DNA of 64,000 nucleotides from Octopus sinensis (GCF_006345805.1 NC_043012.1:54498001-54562000), one strand, 5' to 3'. Counted from the first letter of the stretch, positions 1 through 12,570 are shown. Made by a program: numbers and translations. The notes: generated by a model from the letters alone, not told the origin.

Positions 1-21
1 CAATATAATTCTAAAAATAAA

Positions 22-413
22 CTAGCAGTATTGCCCGGCATTGCTCGGATTTGTTTCGACCCTTTAGAATTGGAATTTTTGAAAAATAAAAATTTGGCAT
101 TATGTAGCTTGTTATTCTCTTTAAGTGAACATTTTTCTGGTTGAAATACATCGAAAAATGGCGACACAGCAGTCAAAAAATCGTTAAAAAAATAGGGGTT
201 TTCATAGAAAAAAAGCACCTTTTTGATGTAAATAATTTTTGGTCTTAACATGGTCTGATTTGAATTTTTTCTTCTACGGAATGAAGAGCAAGCCTTCTTC
301 TATCATACTCTCAATTTTGGTCAACTTGTGCCGCAGGGTCTCGGAGGTGATAGTGGTAGTTGAAGGCTACCAAACCTGCCACACACAGACAACTTCAGCT
401 TTATATATATAGA
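22..413 (-). mobile_element. Non-autonomous Helitron
   Basis: Minus strand starts A|TCTATATATATAAA and ends with a GC-rich subterminal hairpin-like motif then CTAG|T; ends shared with 6171-6564 and 39170-39683. Confidence 0.8.
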
Positions 414-639
414 TAATCACATCATTGTAATCTCAAAGTTAGAAGGTAAATGCATGACTAATTTTTATCAGTGTGAATAAATAAGCATTACATTTGATAG
501 AAATTTGAATGTTAAAAGGGTTAAGACAGTAATAATGAATATAATACACATCCACTTTATACAAAGGATAAAACTGTGAGGATTTAGTTTAATGATTCTC
601 AATGTTTTTGACTTTGGAATACAAATAAAAAAAATTACA

Positions 640-2164
640 GTACTGCTTGTATAACTATTTTCCAGTGTTCAGGAAGGATTTTCACCACTGATGTCTATCC
701 AAGGAGAACACAATACATTGTAATGAACATGGGTTGTCATGTGTTTTATTAGTGTAACGATACATAATCTAACTTCCGTCATGGTTGGACCTTTGTCAGT
801 ACAAATTAAACCAACCATGTCCTATGTGAGATCCTTTCTAAGAAGTCTTCTACTTTCTGCATTATGTCAACAGCCTTTGTGATTTGTTGAAAAACATTGT
901 CACAAGGAGTTTGCTGTCGCTTGAGTTGAACCGGGCAGTGAAAACTGGCTGTGTGAATAACTCATGAACATTTAACTGCAATATTTATAGCTAAACATAA
1001 AGATATTTGGTGTTAGCAAATTGCAATGATCTGGTACCACTTAAAAAGTATCCAGTCCACACTGTGAAGTGTTTGGCATTTGGAAGGGCATCCAGCTGTA
1101 AAAACCATCAAAACTGACCCCACCTGTGCTGATGCCACGTAAAAAAACACTCAGTCTACTCTGCGGGGTGGTTGGTATTAGGCAGGACATCCTGCCATAA
1201 AAAATCCCTGCCAAAACAGACCCAGTAGCCTGGAGTAGTCTTCTACTTGGCTGGCTCCTGTCAAACTGTCCAACCCATGCCAGCATTTAATGATGATGAT
1301 GATGACGAGGAATATTAATAATTGCTGAATGGATGGAGAGGAAAACTGCTCTGAAAATATAAAAATTCACCTGTATTACATCATGAAATCTGTTCAAAAG
1401 TACACAAAGTCATCTGTGCACATCTCTGAGGTGATCTGTGGCATCAGTAGTCCATTGGCTGTCTGCATGGCAAAAGTGGAGGTGCATGAGTCAGTCATCC
1501 ACCTTCAGCACTCTGCAATTAATTGAATGCCAAAATCGGATTTTATAGGGGACAAGAAGTAAAATTTTAGAGCATCTAAGAAAGCCATATCCTACCATAG
1601 GCTCCTGCTGGTTGGTCAATTTATACACCAATCATGTGAAACCCTGTTGGTTCACTCATGGTGTCTGACCAAGTATCTATCAGTTAGGTTTTGAATCCTT
1701 GCTACAACGTCAGAAAAGAGAAATTCATCCTCCAGTCCTTTCCTACGCATGTACCAGACAAATATAAGCAACTCAAAAGGAAAACAGTAAATAGATTTGA
1801 CCTATTTACAAACTTGTAATCTCTTGTAGAGGCACAGCATGATGTAGGGCAGTTGAAGAACCTTAAATTACCTTTAGCCTATCATGCCTGTTTATTAAGG
1901 CGGGGCTGTTGAAAGTATTTTTACACTCGGAGCACTGTGAATTCTTTCTATATCACTGATTCCTTGAGGTATTTCATCCCTAACATGTTGACTATCCCTC
2001 CTCTTCTATCCTTAATACAACCATGTCGTTCATCATTTTTCTAAAACAGGTTGCCCAGGGATATTAACATATTACATGAATTTTCAGGTATGATATATTT
2101 ACTCCCTGCCATGTGAATTTTTTACTTCCAGGTAGTAAATTTACCCCTTCATTGAGAATCACTG
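640..2164 (-). mobile_element. Fossil hAT (Charlie/Buster-like) transposon, split by an RTE 3' UTR insertion at about 1040-1310
   Basis: CAGTGATTCTCAAT terminus at 2164; decayed VGLICTDKGPTM...TLIKH...VKILPEH resembles the Buster motif CTDGAPAM...HC..HR..L. Confidence 0.55.
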
Positions 2165-2436
2165 ATACAAGGCCAAACTCCCAAATCTGTGGAAACAGAT
2201 GAAGGCTCTGTATTGGCAATCTAATAATAAAAATAATGGTTTCAGATTTTAACTCTAGGCCAGCAATTTTAGGGAAAGGGCTAAGTTGATTACATCGATC
2301 GCAGTGCTCTACTGGAACTTATTTTATCAACCTCGAAGGATGAAAGGCAAAGTTGACCTCAGTGGAATTTGAACTCAGAACGTAAAGACAAACAAAATGC
2401 CACTAAGCATTTTGCCCAGTGTGCTAATGGTTCTGC

Positions 2437-2845
2437 GAATCTTTTCGGTTTGAACGGCAGTTTTTTCTAGCGGTGTCATATGAAATTGTCACCCATAATT
2501 ATGACCCTAGTATTGATCTGTTGCATTTCAATCTGTTTTAGGGTTAGGGGTGGGGAGAAGGGTATCTTTTTTTCTTCAGAAATGTAAATAAACCCAATCT
2601 GTTTCTTAAACGAGTGACATATTCATACGGCACAGAATGTTTTTTTACCTCAATAGACGTCAGTGATTGGTTGAAATTGCAGAAATTGAAGAAAAAAACC
2701 CAAATATCTTACAAACTATAAAATTTTCTCAATAAAACCATGAGAAAAAGATGTTTTATAAACACATTCTACCAGTATACGAAGTTTAAAAGTGTTTAGT
2801 GACCTAGAAATTATGTTAAAAACTGCCGTTCAAACCAAAAAGATC
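2437..2845. mobile_element. Mutator-like (MULE) MITE with 9-bp target-site duplication, inserted in a SINE
   Basis: TIRs of about 28 bp (GATCTTTT[C/T]GGTTTGAACGGCAGTTTTT); TGGTTCTGC at both 2428-2436 and 2846-2854. Confidence 0.8.
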
Positions 2846-3689
2846 TGGTTCTGCTGGCTTGCTGCCTTCTCTAATAATAATAATAATAATAATAATGCTA
2901 ACATGCCAAAATGTATACATGCAAAGAAAAACTTCAGCTTCTATCATTCTCTTGTATTAAGGTAAAATTTGGTGTCTCTAATAAGTGATTGATAAACTAA
3001 CTAGCCTGTTAGTCCAGCCACCTGAACTGAAGATATGAAATTGGAAATCTAAGAGAGAGTGGGGGTTGTTCATACTAGTTAAGAACTATAATTATGTATT
3101 TTCTACAAGAAAATAGATCGACTGTGACTTTGAAGTTTTGACTTGCATACTGTCATCAGACTGTGACTGTTTTTATTTTTCAAGCCTTTTATACTTTACT
3201 TAGAGGGTGTTCATTGTGTGTGTGTGTGTGTGTGTAGACATTAAACTCTCTAGGTACATCTGCCAGTGTAATAATTCACCTTTTTAAAACGATAAAATGT
3301 GTTATATTGGAAATTTGGCTGCTATTTCTAAAACCTCGATCGACCTCATAGAGACTCTGCTTGTTTCTTGCTATTTCTACTGAATTTTAATATCAGCGCA
3401 TAACTTACTACTTGAATGTCACTGTTACTTTTTTTTTTCTTTATTTTATCAAGTTATCAGTTTTACATTTAAAGATAACAGTCATATCTTCCTTTTTGTA
3501 CCCTGTCTCATCTCGTTTGATATCATTTTACACGTTTCTTTCTTTTTTAGTTATTTATTTATTCCGATAGACTTAATTCGTACATTTTGGTTTTTTGTTT
3601 AAATATCATCAATAGCCTTCATTTATTTATTTATTTATTATCAATCCCATTTTTTTTAATTACCTAATTGGAGGAAAGAGAAGCAATGC

Positions 3690-4060
3690 TCGTAGATCTT
3701 GTCTTCTTTCCTCCTAGGTTGGTACGATTGACAGAACTCGTGTTCAATTCTAGAGTAGGTCGATGTTTGGGGTAGGAAAATAAAAGGTAGGTAGGAATTT
3801 CGAAGTGATGCAGTCTTGGGAAGGAAAGATTGGGGGAAATGTTTACGACTTGGTCTGCTAGGAAAGACATTGTAAAGGCGGAGATGATAAGAAGAGAGGC
3901 GGTTATGGCAGCTGGATTTGGTGGGAGGAGATGGTAATTATCTTCAGAGGGAAAATAAACCGCTGTAAGTCAGCACCAACACTGTAGCGTGTTGGTGAGT
4001 AGGGGAGTAACTTGTCATTCCGCCGGGATTGAAAGTCCGATTTTGGATACAAGTAGATAG
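3690..4060 (-). mobile_element. Old CR1/L2-type LINE 3' relic
   Basis: An ATG-less minus frame reads KHFPQSFLPKTASLRNSYLPFIFLPQ, resembling the SFFPRT..LWNSLP terminal motif. Confidence 0.6.
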
Positions 4061-4629
4061 ATTAGACTTATCTTTGGCTGAGTTAGCTTAGCAATAAAAT
4101 AACCTTTGGGCTTACTTCAAAACTGCATGTTACCGTTTACAATTCAGTGCTCACAAACCAGTTAGACAATTGCCATGAAGCAACTAAAGATCCGATCCCC
4201 CTACCATAAATTCTTTACTGTTTGTAAAAATGAGGGTAGTTCATTTAACTCTTGAATTATAGCACACTGTTCAAAAATAAAGATTGGATTACTTTAGTGA
4301 GAGGAAGGAATACTGACTGAATGTTAACCGCACGACGAAGCTAACTTCCTTTATCTCTCTATTAGATGTATTTTTGTTATTTGTTTGAAAAATGTGCCCG
4401 TCTTTCTACAAATTATTAAACCCTGTGGTGTACATGTTTCATGACATACTTCGCCCTGATGTCACATCTTCGTAGAATTATATCGTGAAAAGTCGCTTGC
4501 TACCTCTTCGTGGTCCAATATTTCTAAAGGAGAATATACCGCCTTGGTGTTAATATTGAAAAAAATAATTAAGAATTAGGTCGAGCTAGTGAGATAATTA
4601 ACTTTAAATTACTGTTAGCGAAATAACTA

Positions 4630-4940
4630 GGATCTTTTCGGTTTGAACGGCAGTTTTTAAAAATAATTTCCACGTAACTAAACACTTTTAAACTTCATAT
4701 ACTGGTAGAATGTGTTTGTAAGATATTTGTTGTTGTTTTTTTCTTCAATTTCTGCAATTTCAACCAATCAATGACGTATATTTAGGTGAAAACATTCTGT
4801 GCCGTATGAATATGTCCCTCGTTTAAGAAACAGATTGGGTTTATTTACATTTGTGAAGAAAAAAAGATACCCTTCCCCCCACCCCAAACCCTAACTCTAA
4901 CTCTAACCCTAACCCTAAAACAGATTGAAATGCAATAGAT
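4630..4940. mobile_element. Second copy of the same MULE MITE, opposite orientation, truncated at 4940
   Basis: One intact TIR at 4630; contains CCCTAA-like repeats; about 85 bp and the second TIR are missing exactly where the long inverted repeat starts. Confidence 0.75.
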
Positions 4941-5256
4941 GTGTTGAAAGGAATTCTTAGAGGTTTGGATAATTCACCTTTGGAAACATGGGTGGTTCGT
5001 TCAACATCCTTAAACGATCCTTATTCAGGGACCTTTTGAGCAGGATCAGCTACTCGACCAGAAGAAATTTCTAACTGGGCCCCACCTGCAAAGTCATGTG
5101 CTGTTTATCTTGATATGAGATCACCATGTCGAGCACATATGGTTGTGATGCATGTGCCTGGTGTACCCTTATCAAATGGGTAGTCATGATGGGTATACTG
5201 GGCTTCGTTTATTTTACCCCAGTGTCACTTTGATGTCATGCACTGCTCTCTCACTC

Positions 5257-5290
<34 letters not shown>

Positions 5291-6170
5291 GTTTCATATT
5301 TTGCCACAAGGGCAGCCATTTTGGAGGAGCGGATGAGTCAATTACATTAACCCCCAGTGTTTCACTGGTACTTAATTTATCGACACACCCTCCACCCCAA
5401 AAGGATGAAAGGCAAAGTCAACCCTGGCAGAGCTTGAACTCAGAATGTAAAGACAGATAAAATGCTGCTAAGCATTTTGCCCAGCATGTTAACAATTCTG
5501 TCAGCTTGCCACTTTAGTAATAATAATGATAATAAAATGTTCATCTCATATGCCATCAAATACATTATATTTCCAAACTGCAACAGTACTGCCTACAATT
5601 AATAATAAATGCGCCCTTTTAAAGCCTAGCCAGGCTCATGGGCCTGGTTTCCCGGTTTCACTGACGTATGTGTTGCCCAGCTGGACGGGACACCAGTCCA
5701 TCGCAGCGTCACTCATTTTTGCCAGCTGAGTGGACTGGAGCAATGTGAAATGAAGTGTTTTGTTCAAGAACACAACGCATCGCCCAGTCCAGGAATCAAA
5801 ACCACAATCTTATGATCATGATGCTGACATCCTAACCACGAAGCCATGTGCCTCCACACTGCCTACAATTAACCACTTCGTATATCAGAGTTCTCAGATT
5901 GGCAAAGGTACAGATATTGTATTTAATATCATATAAGATAAAATTTTTCCCCCATAAAATATATTCAGTAGGACTGAACCCAAGACCATATGGTTGGGAA
6001 GCAAGCTTATTAATGACACACTACAGGTGCATCTATACATCTAAATCTTTAAAAAAATAGATAGCCGTGATTGAAATATTCTTTTTTATTATTATTATTA
6101 TTATTTTCATAAAGTGTACCTGATCAAATCTGACTTGCGATTAAATAACAATAAAGCGCTATATCAAATA

Positions 6171-6564
6171 CTAGCAGTATTGCCCGGCGTTGCTCGGGTT
6201 TGTAAGGGAAATAACTATAAAGCATTTTTAGAGATGTAAAGTATAATAGCCATCTCAATATGGCTAACCACAATGGGGGGTGTTACTGTAGCTTTTTACG
6301 TTCTGAGATTTAATAATACATTTTTAGAGAGTTACTTCCCTTATATAATAGCAAAATAATGCATTAAAAATGGGAAAAAATGATAGTAAATTTTTTTTTA
6401 AATCGTAGACTCATCGTAGACGCACGCTAATACCCAGAAGGGCTCGATATGAATCACGACTATAAGATACCCGCTTTTGGTTACACTACACTGCAAAATG
6501 TGGGAGTAGTTAGGAATCTAAATCGTAGGAGACAGACACACAACTTCACTTTTATATATAAAGA
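6171..6564 (-). mobile_element. Non-autonomous Helitron in the spacer of the long inverted repeat
   Basis: A|TC...CCCGAGCAACGCCGGG hairpin...CTAG|T on minus. Confidence 0.8.
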
Positions 6565-7173
6565 TATGTGTCAATTGTGACAAATATATATTTTGCTGTG
6601 TCATGTGAAACAAAAAAAATTTCTTGTATGTATGGTGTTAAGTTAATTTATCCATTCAAAGCCACACCTCGGTTTCATACAGAAAAGTTATTGGTCTGGT
6701 GTTTGGGTTACAGTTGGATAAGCAGAGACAAGTCATTCAAGCAAGCAGCCAGATATGTCCCACATTCATTACTGCAGTGGGCGATGCATTGTGTTTTGCA
6801 TTCTTGAGCAAAACATTCCATTTCACATTGCTCCAAATGCGCTCGACTGGCGAAAACGAACACTCCTGAAATAGACTGGTATCTCATCAAGGGACAGGTG
6901 GGGGTGGGGGGATAACTGCTCCTCAGAAACTGGTAAATGTAACTAACCTATGAGTTACTTACGAAAGATCTACATTCGGGAAAAAAAAGAGATTTTAGTG
7001 GATTAAAGTTTATGGGAGGCATAACTTTGCATAACCTGGGGTGGGGTTTTTTTTTTTTTTATTTATATATTTTATGGGGAAAAAAGTTTATCTTATATGA
7101 TATTAAATACAGTATGTGTACCTTTGCCAATCTGAGAACTCTGATATACGAAGTGGTTAATTGTAGGCAGTGT

Positions 7174-7423
7174 GGAGGCACATGGCTTAGTGGTTAGGGT
7201 GTCAGCATCATGATCGTAAGATTGTGGTTTCGATTCCTGGACTGGGCGATGCGTTGTGTTCTTGAACAAAACACTTCAATTCACATTGCTCCAGTCCACT
7301 CAGCTGGCAAAAATGAGTGACGCTGCGATGGACTGGTGTCCCGTCCAGCTGGGCAACACATTCGTCAGTGAAACTGGGAAACCAGGCCCATGACCTGGTT
7401 AGGCTTTAAAAGGGCGCATTTAT
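7174..7423 (+). mobile_element. tRNA-derived SINE family D with a ~15-bp target-site duplication; mirrored at 5603-5857
   Basis: GGAGGCACATGGCTTAGTGGTTAGG head; TTAATTGTAGGCAGT on both sides; related copy near 22170-22490. Confidence 0.85.
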
Positions 7424-8209
7424 TATTAATTGTAGGCAGTACTGTTGCAGTTTGGAAATATAATGTATTTGATGGCATATGAGATGAACATTTTATTATC
7501 ATTATTATTACTAAAGTGGCAAGCTGACAAAATTGTTAACATGCTGGGTAAATGCTTAGCAGCATTTTATCTGTCTTTACATTCTGAGTTCAAGCTCTGC
7601 CAGGGTTGACTTTGCCTTTCATCCTTTTGGGGTGGAGGGTGGGTCGATAAATTAAGTACCAGTGAAACACTGGGGGTTAATGTAATTGACTCATCCCACT
7701 CCTCCAAAATGGCTGCCCTTGTGGCAAAATATGAAACCATTATTATTATTATTATTATTATTATTGAGTGAGAGAGCAGTGCATGACATCAAAGTGACAC
7801 TGGGGTAAAATATACGAAGTCCAGTATACCCATCATGACTACCCATTTGATAAGGGTACACCAGGCACATGCATCACAACCATATGTGCTCGACATGGTG
7901 ATCTCATATCAAGATAAACAGCACATGACTTTGCAGGTGGGGCCCAGTTAGAAATTTCTTCTGGTCGAGTAGCTGATCCTGCTCAAAAGGTCCCTGAATA
8001 AGGATCGTTTAAGGATGTTGAACGAACCACCCATGTTTCCAAAGGTGAATTATCCAAATATCTAAGAATTCCTTTCAACACTCCCCCACTACGTCTGCTC
8101 GTGGTCAGGGATGTACATATCGTCAACCACTAAGGGACATGCTCAACTGGTTAAGGTCAAACAACTGACAAGCAAATCTGTGGTACTGAGCAGAATATTT
8201 TCTGTAGCC

Positions 8210-9270
8210 ATTATTATTATTATCATCTGGCAAGCTGGCAGAATCGTTAGCATGCTGGGCAAAAATGCTTAGCAACATTTCGTCCATTTTTATGTTCTGA
8301 GTTCAAATTTGACCAGGGTTAACTTTGCCTTTCAACCTTTCAGCATGAATAAAATTAGTACCAGTTGAGCACTGGGGTTGAGATAATCGCTCTTCCCCGA
8401 CATTCCTGGTCTTGTGCCAAAATTTGAAATCATTATTATTATGATTATTATTAGTGTTATTTTCATTATTGAGTGAGAGATAGGCCTTGTGTCTTCCTTC
8501 AGTAGAAAGGATTATTGAGTGAGAGCACAGCTCATGTTATCAAACTGATACTGGGGCACAAATATACGATATACCGATCATGACTATCCATCTGATAAGA
8601 GTATACCAGGCACATGCATCACAACCATCAGTGCATGACATCTTGATCTCATATCAAGATAAACAGTGCATGACTTTGTACTTGGAACCCTGATAAAAAT
8701 TTTCTTCTGGTCAAGTAGCCCATCCCGCTCATTGTTATAATCATCATCATCATCATCATTATTATTATTATTATTATTATGGCGAGTTGGCAGAACCATT
8801 AGCACACTGGGCAAAAGTGCTTAGCAGTATTTCGCCCATCACTACGTTGTGAGTTCAAATTCCACTGAGGTTCAAATTCTGCTGAGGTTGATGTAATCAA
8901 CTTGTGCCCTCTCCCAAAATTTCAGGGCTGTGCCTACAGCAGGAAAGGTTATTATTATTATTATTATTATTATTATTTTGCCAAGGTCAACTTTGCTTTC
9001 ATCCTTTCAGAGTCGATAAAGTAAGAACCAATGTGCCTGTTGTAGGAACGATTATTATTATTAATTTTTAAGGTGGCACGTTGGGTAAAATGCTAAGCAG
9101 CATTTTGTCTGTCACTACATTCTGAGTTCAAATTCCGCTGAGGTCAACTTTGCCTTTTGTCCTTTCAGGGTTGATAAATTAAGTACCAGCGAAACACTGG
9201 GGTTGATTTAATTGACTAATCCCCCTTCCTCCAAATTTCAGGCCTTGCGCTTATAGTAGAAAGGATTATT
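8210..9270 (+). mobile_element. Cluster of tRNA-derived SINE family A copies separated by (ATT)n
   Basis: Repeated GGCGAG[C/T]TGGCAGAA head, GTTCAAATTCC B-box and GACTTTGCCTTTCATCCTTTC body. Confidence 0.85.
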
Positions 9271-9289
9271 ATTATTATTATTATTTATT

Positions 9290-10020
9290 GTCTTTGCACA
9301 GCTTCTATCGCTGAAGATGTACTATGGTGCTAGCTGTTCACTACCAGCGAACTAAGTAACACCCCTTATTTTCTGAGCACCATCTGGAATATTCAAGTGG
9401 TTCCAAGCAGTGCTGTTTCCTGCAAGTGCTCTGCCCTTATTGCAGTCCCTATTTGTTCCATGTACTTCTCAAGATTTTTACTCATTGTTTCCAGGGCTCT
9501 GACAATTATTGGTACTACTACCACATTTTTCATCGACCACAACTGTTTAATTTCCCAAGCTAACCTGTCATATCTGTTGACTTTTCTTTCTTCCTTATCG
9601 CACACCTTGTTGTCAGCTGGGCATGCTATATCCATGATCCAGCATCATTTGCTTTCTTTCTTAATACTATGTTTGGTTTCCAATTCTCTATCTCATGGTC
9701 ACATAGGATCTTTGTATTATCATTTTCGATGATGCCTTCGGATTTATGTTTGCCTCTGTCAAATCCATACTTGTTGCAAAGTGTCCAATGGACAATCCTT
9801 GCTGTATTGTCATGACATCTCTTATATTCTTTCTGGACTGGTGGCATACATTGACTGGTAATATGCCATACAGTTTCACGATTTTGTTCTCAAATTCTGC
9901 ACTCACCACTTTCTGATGTGTTATCTATTCTGTATTTGATGTAATTCGTTCTTAGTGCTTGTTCTTGGGTAGCACAGATTAGAGCCTCTGTTTCCGATTT
10001 TAAATAACTTTTAGTCATCA
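9290..10020 (-). mobile_element. 3' fragment of an R4/Dong-type non-LTR retrotransposon (restriction-like endonuclease), frameshifted
   Basis: Minus frames give LKSETEALICATQEQALRTN, CRIC..ETVWHITSQC (CCHC knuckle), K.YKR.HDN, DIACP.D and VVVPIIV.AL..LQETALLGT; 3' end abuts (AAT)n. Confidence 0.85.
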
Positions 10021-10063
10021 ATAGCCATCATCATCATTATTGTTGTTATCATTAATATTATTA

Positions 10064-10116
<53 letters not shown>

Positions 10117-10729
10117 TTTGTTCATCATGTACAAGTAAGTGTGTATTCATCATTATTTTATTCAATTTTAGAAAATTGAAGCATGTCTTTGACAATTCCA
10201 GAGCATATGGAATTTATTGTGTGTGGCTTTTGGTCCACCCTGTACATAGATACATACATATGTATGTGTACGCACACACACACACATGTATTCATATCCT
10301 CCTTTCTCTCTCTCTCTCTCTTCTTTACAGACACACTCCCATTTGCAGACACACACACATACATATTAACACATATACAATTTCCAACCATCTGTTACAA
10401 ATTATTTACAAAAATTTGTGTTCATGCTATATTGAAATTTCTCTAGGAGTTCCTAAACACAGTGTTTCCCTTTTCAGTCCTTCCATATTTAAACCCCTAT
10501 ATGTTCTCACATTTTTGCCAGCCCCTAAGCAGCTTACTATCTACACATCAACAGTTTATTTTCATTTCAGGCTCCAGTGCTCCTATAATTACTATCAGGA
10601 GAGTGAGTGGTGAATTGAGACCTTGAGGTTCCTTTCCATATGTGCCCTTCCCCCCAGTTGTCAATAGTTAACTAGGAACTAGGAATTACCAAATTACTGA
10701 TGCCTTTTGGCGATAGGGAGTTGGAATGT

Positions 10730-11310
10730 CAAAACCCTAACCATCATATTATTACCCTCACCATCACTGCCATCACCACCCCCACCAAATCTGTCAACAC
10801 CCACATCTTCATCCTCACCGTCACCATCACATTCCAGTGTAGGAGTCTCTTTACCCCCCCCCCCCCGGTTGCTCAACCGGCTTGGAGTAGTCGCCATATT
10901 TCCTTTAAATCACAGTCAAAAAGGAGGACACATTGGATAATGGGATAATGTAATGATGTAGTCCAAGACATATGTAGTCCTGTCTCTGGAAGAAAAAAAA
11001 AAGGATGGGATGGTCATAGTTGGAATGGTCTGATTGATCAGAATTGAACTGGGGGTGGGGTTAAACATGAGCAAATGCATCACCACCAACACCACATACA
11101 TCATCATCATCATCACCATATGAACCATCATCACCATCATCGCATACATCACCACCTTTATACATCACCGTCACCACCAACAACACTACCATATACATGT
11201 TGTCATTAAATTCATCATCATCTCAACCATCACCACCACCACTACTACCACCATCATTATCATTATCCTCTGCCACTGCCATTATTATCATCATCATCAC
11301 TATACTCTTA
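10730..11310. repeat. (CAT/CAC)n low-complexity tract
   Basis: Degenerate trinucleotide repeats; source of several spurious ORFs. Confidence 0.85.
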
Positions 11311-12133
11311 CTCTTTTACTCTTTTACTTGTTTCAGTCATTTCACTGTAGCCATGCTGGAGCACCGCCTTTTCATCGAGCAAATCGACCCCAGGACTTAT
11401 TCTTTGTAATCCTAGTACTTATTCTATCGGTCTCTTTTTGCTGAACTGCTAAGTTACGGGGATGTAAACACATGAGCATCGGTTGTCAAGCGATGTCGGG
11501 GGGGGACACACACAGACACACAAACACACACATACATACATGTATACGATGGGCTTCTTTCAGTTTCCGTCTACCAAATCCACTCACAAGGCTTTGGTCG
11601 GCCCGAGGATATAGTAGAACACACTTGCCCAAGGTGCCACACAGTGGGACTGAACCCAGAACCATGTGGCTGGTAAGCAAACTACTTACCACACAGCAAC
11701 TCCTACGCCTTTCATGTACATTATCATTAAATTCATCATCTCCACCACCACCACCATCATCATTGTTATCCTCACTAGCTATACTACTATTTAAAATAAA
11801 AAAAAGTATTTCGGAATAAAAAATACAAAACAAAAAATGGAAGAGAAAATGTAAATATTTTTCTATCAGTGTAACTTGATCTGTTAGAGTCAATCTTAAA
11901 ATAACACCTATGAGTAGTTTACCATTAAAATATATTTCTGGATTTCTGGTTGGCAGTGGGAAAAATGTTTTGGTTTGGAGGTTTCTCTTGCCAAATGTTC
12001 ACCACTTTGGCTTCGTTTTTTTTTTTTTTATGTTTTCTTTATTATGTTTATTCTTTGTATTTAAACATTGCATTATATTTTCTTATTTTTGTTCATATCA
12101 TACTACAGCTTGTTGGTGAGTGGGAGGGCAGCT

Positions 12134-12171
<38 letters not shown>

Positions 12172-12414
12172 CTTGGGGAGTTGGGTGTCACCAATCTTTG
12201 CTTTTATTCCAGGGTTTCTCAACCAATTCAATGTTTAAAAAATCTTAATAGGTGCAGGAGTGGCTGTGTGGTAAGTAGCTTGCTTACCAACCACATGGTT
12301 CCAGGTTCAGTCCCACTGCATGGCACCTTGGGCAAGTGTCTTCTACTATAGCCTCAGGCCAACCAAAGCCTTGTGAGTGGATTTGGTAGACGAAAACTGA
12401 AAAAGCCCGTCGTA

Positions 12415-12444
<30 letters not shown>

Positions 12445-12453
<9 letters not shown>

Positions 12454-12570
12454 ACTTTATATAATTAGGGTTCAGCAAAAAAATAGCTAAATTCTTTGGC
12501 TGCTATTTCTAAAAGTTCGGTGTGTGGTAAATTTTTTTGCTGAGCCCTAATTATATAAAGTAATGTTTTA
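12445..12570. repeat. Short foldback: 40-bp arms, 46-bp spacer
   Basis: 12445-12484 is the reverse complement of 12531-12570 with one mismatch. Confidence 0.9.

Larger units (their letters stand above)
4941..8081. repeat. Long inverted repeat: arms 4941-5964 and 7065-8081, spacer 1.1 kb
   Basis: Direct base-by-base reading; about 97% identical by eye, including unique sequence between SINEs. Confidence 0.95.

Noticed and set aside
3664-3870. 68-aa minus ORF in CpG-containing sequence, first read as a promoter or first exon
   Set aside because: Another frame shows the CR1/L2 terminal motif; better explained as a LINE relic.
3905-3933. ATG GCA GCT GGA TTT GGT GGG AGG AGA TG|gtaatt as the MGST3 first exon
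   Set aside because: No similarity to MGST3 N-termini, wrong phase, and it lies antisense within the LINE relic.
7174-7250. tRNA-like heads as tRNA genes
   Set aside because: They continue into SINE bodies, have TSDs or tails, and lack a complete cloverleaf.
10183-10245. MSLTIPEHMEFIVCG as the MGST3 start
   Set aside because: It is the reverse complement of a Tc1-like end (TACAGGGTGG.CCAAAAG); no ARKKY motif and no good donor.
11910-12119. MSSLPLKYISGFLVGSG as the MGST3 start
   Set aside because: Superficial similarity only; it runs into poly-T with no conserved basic motif or phase-0 donor.
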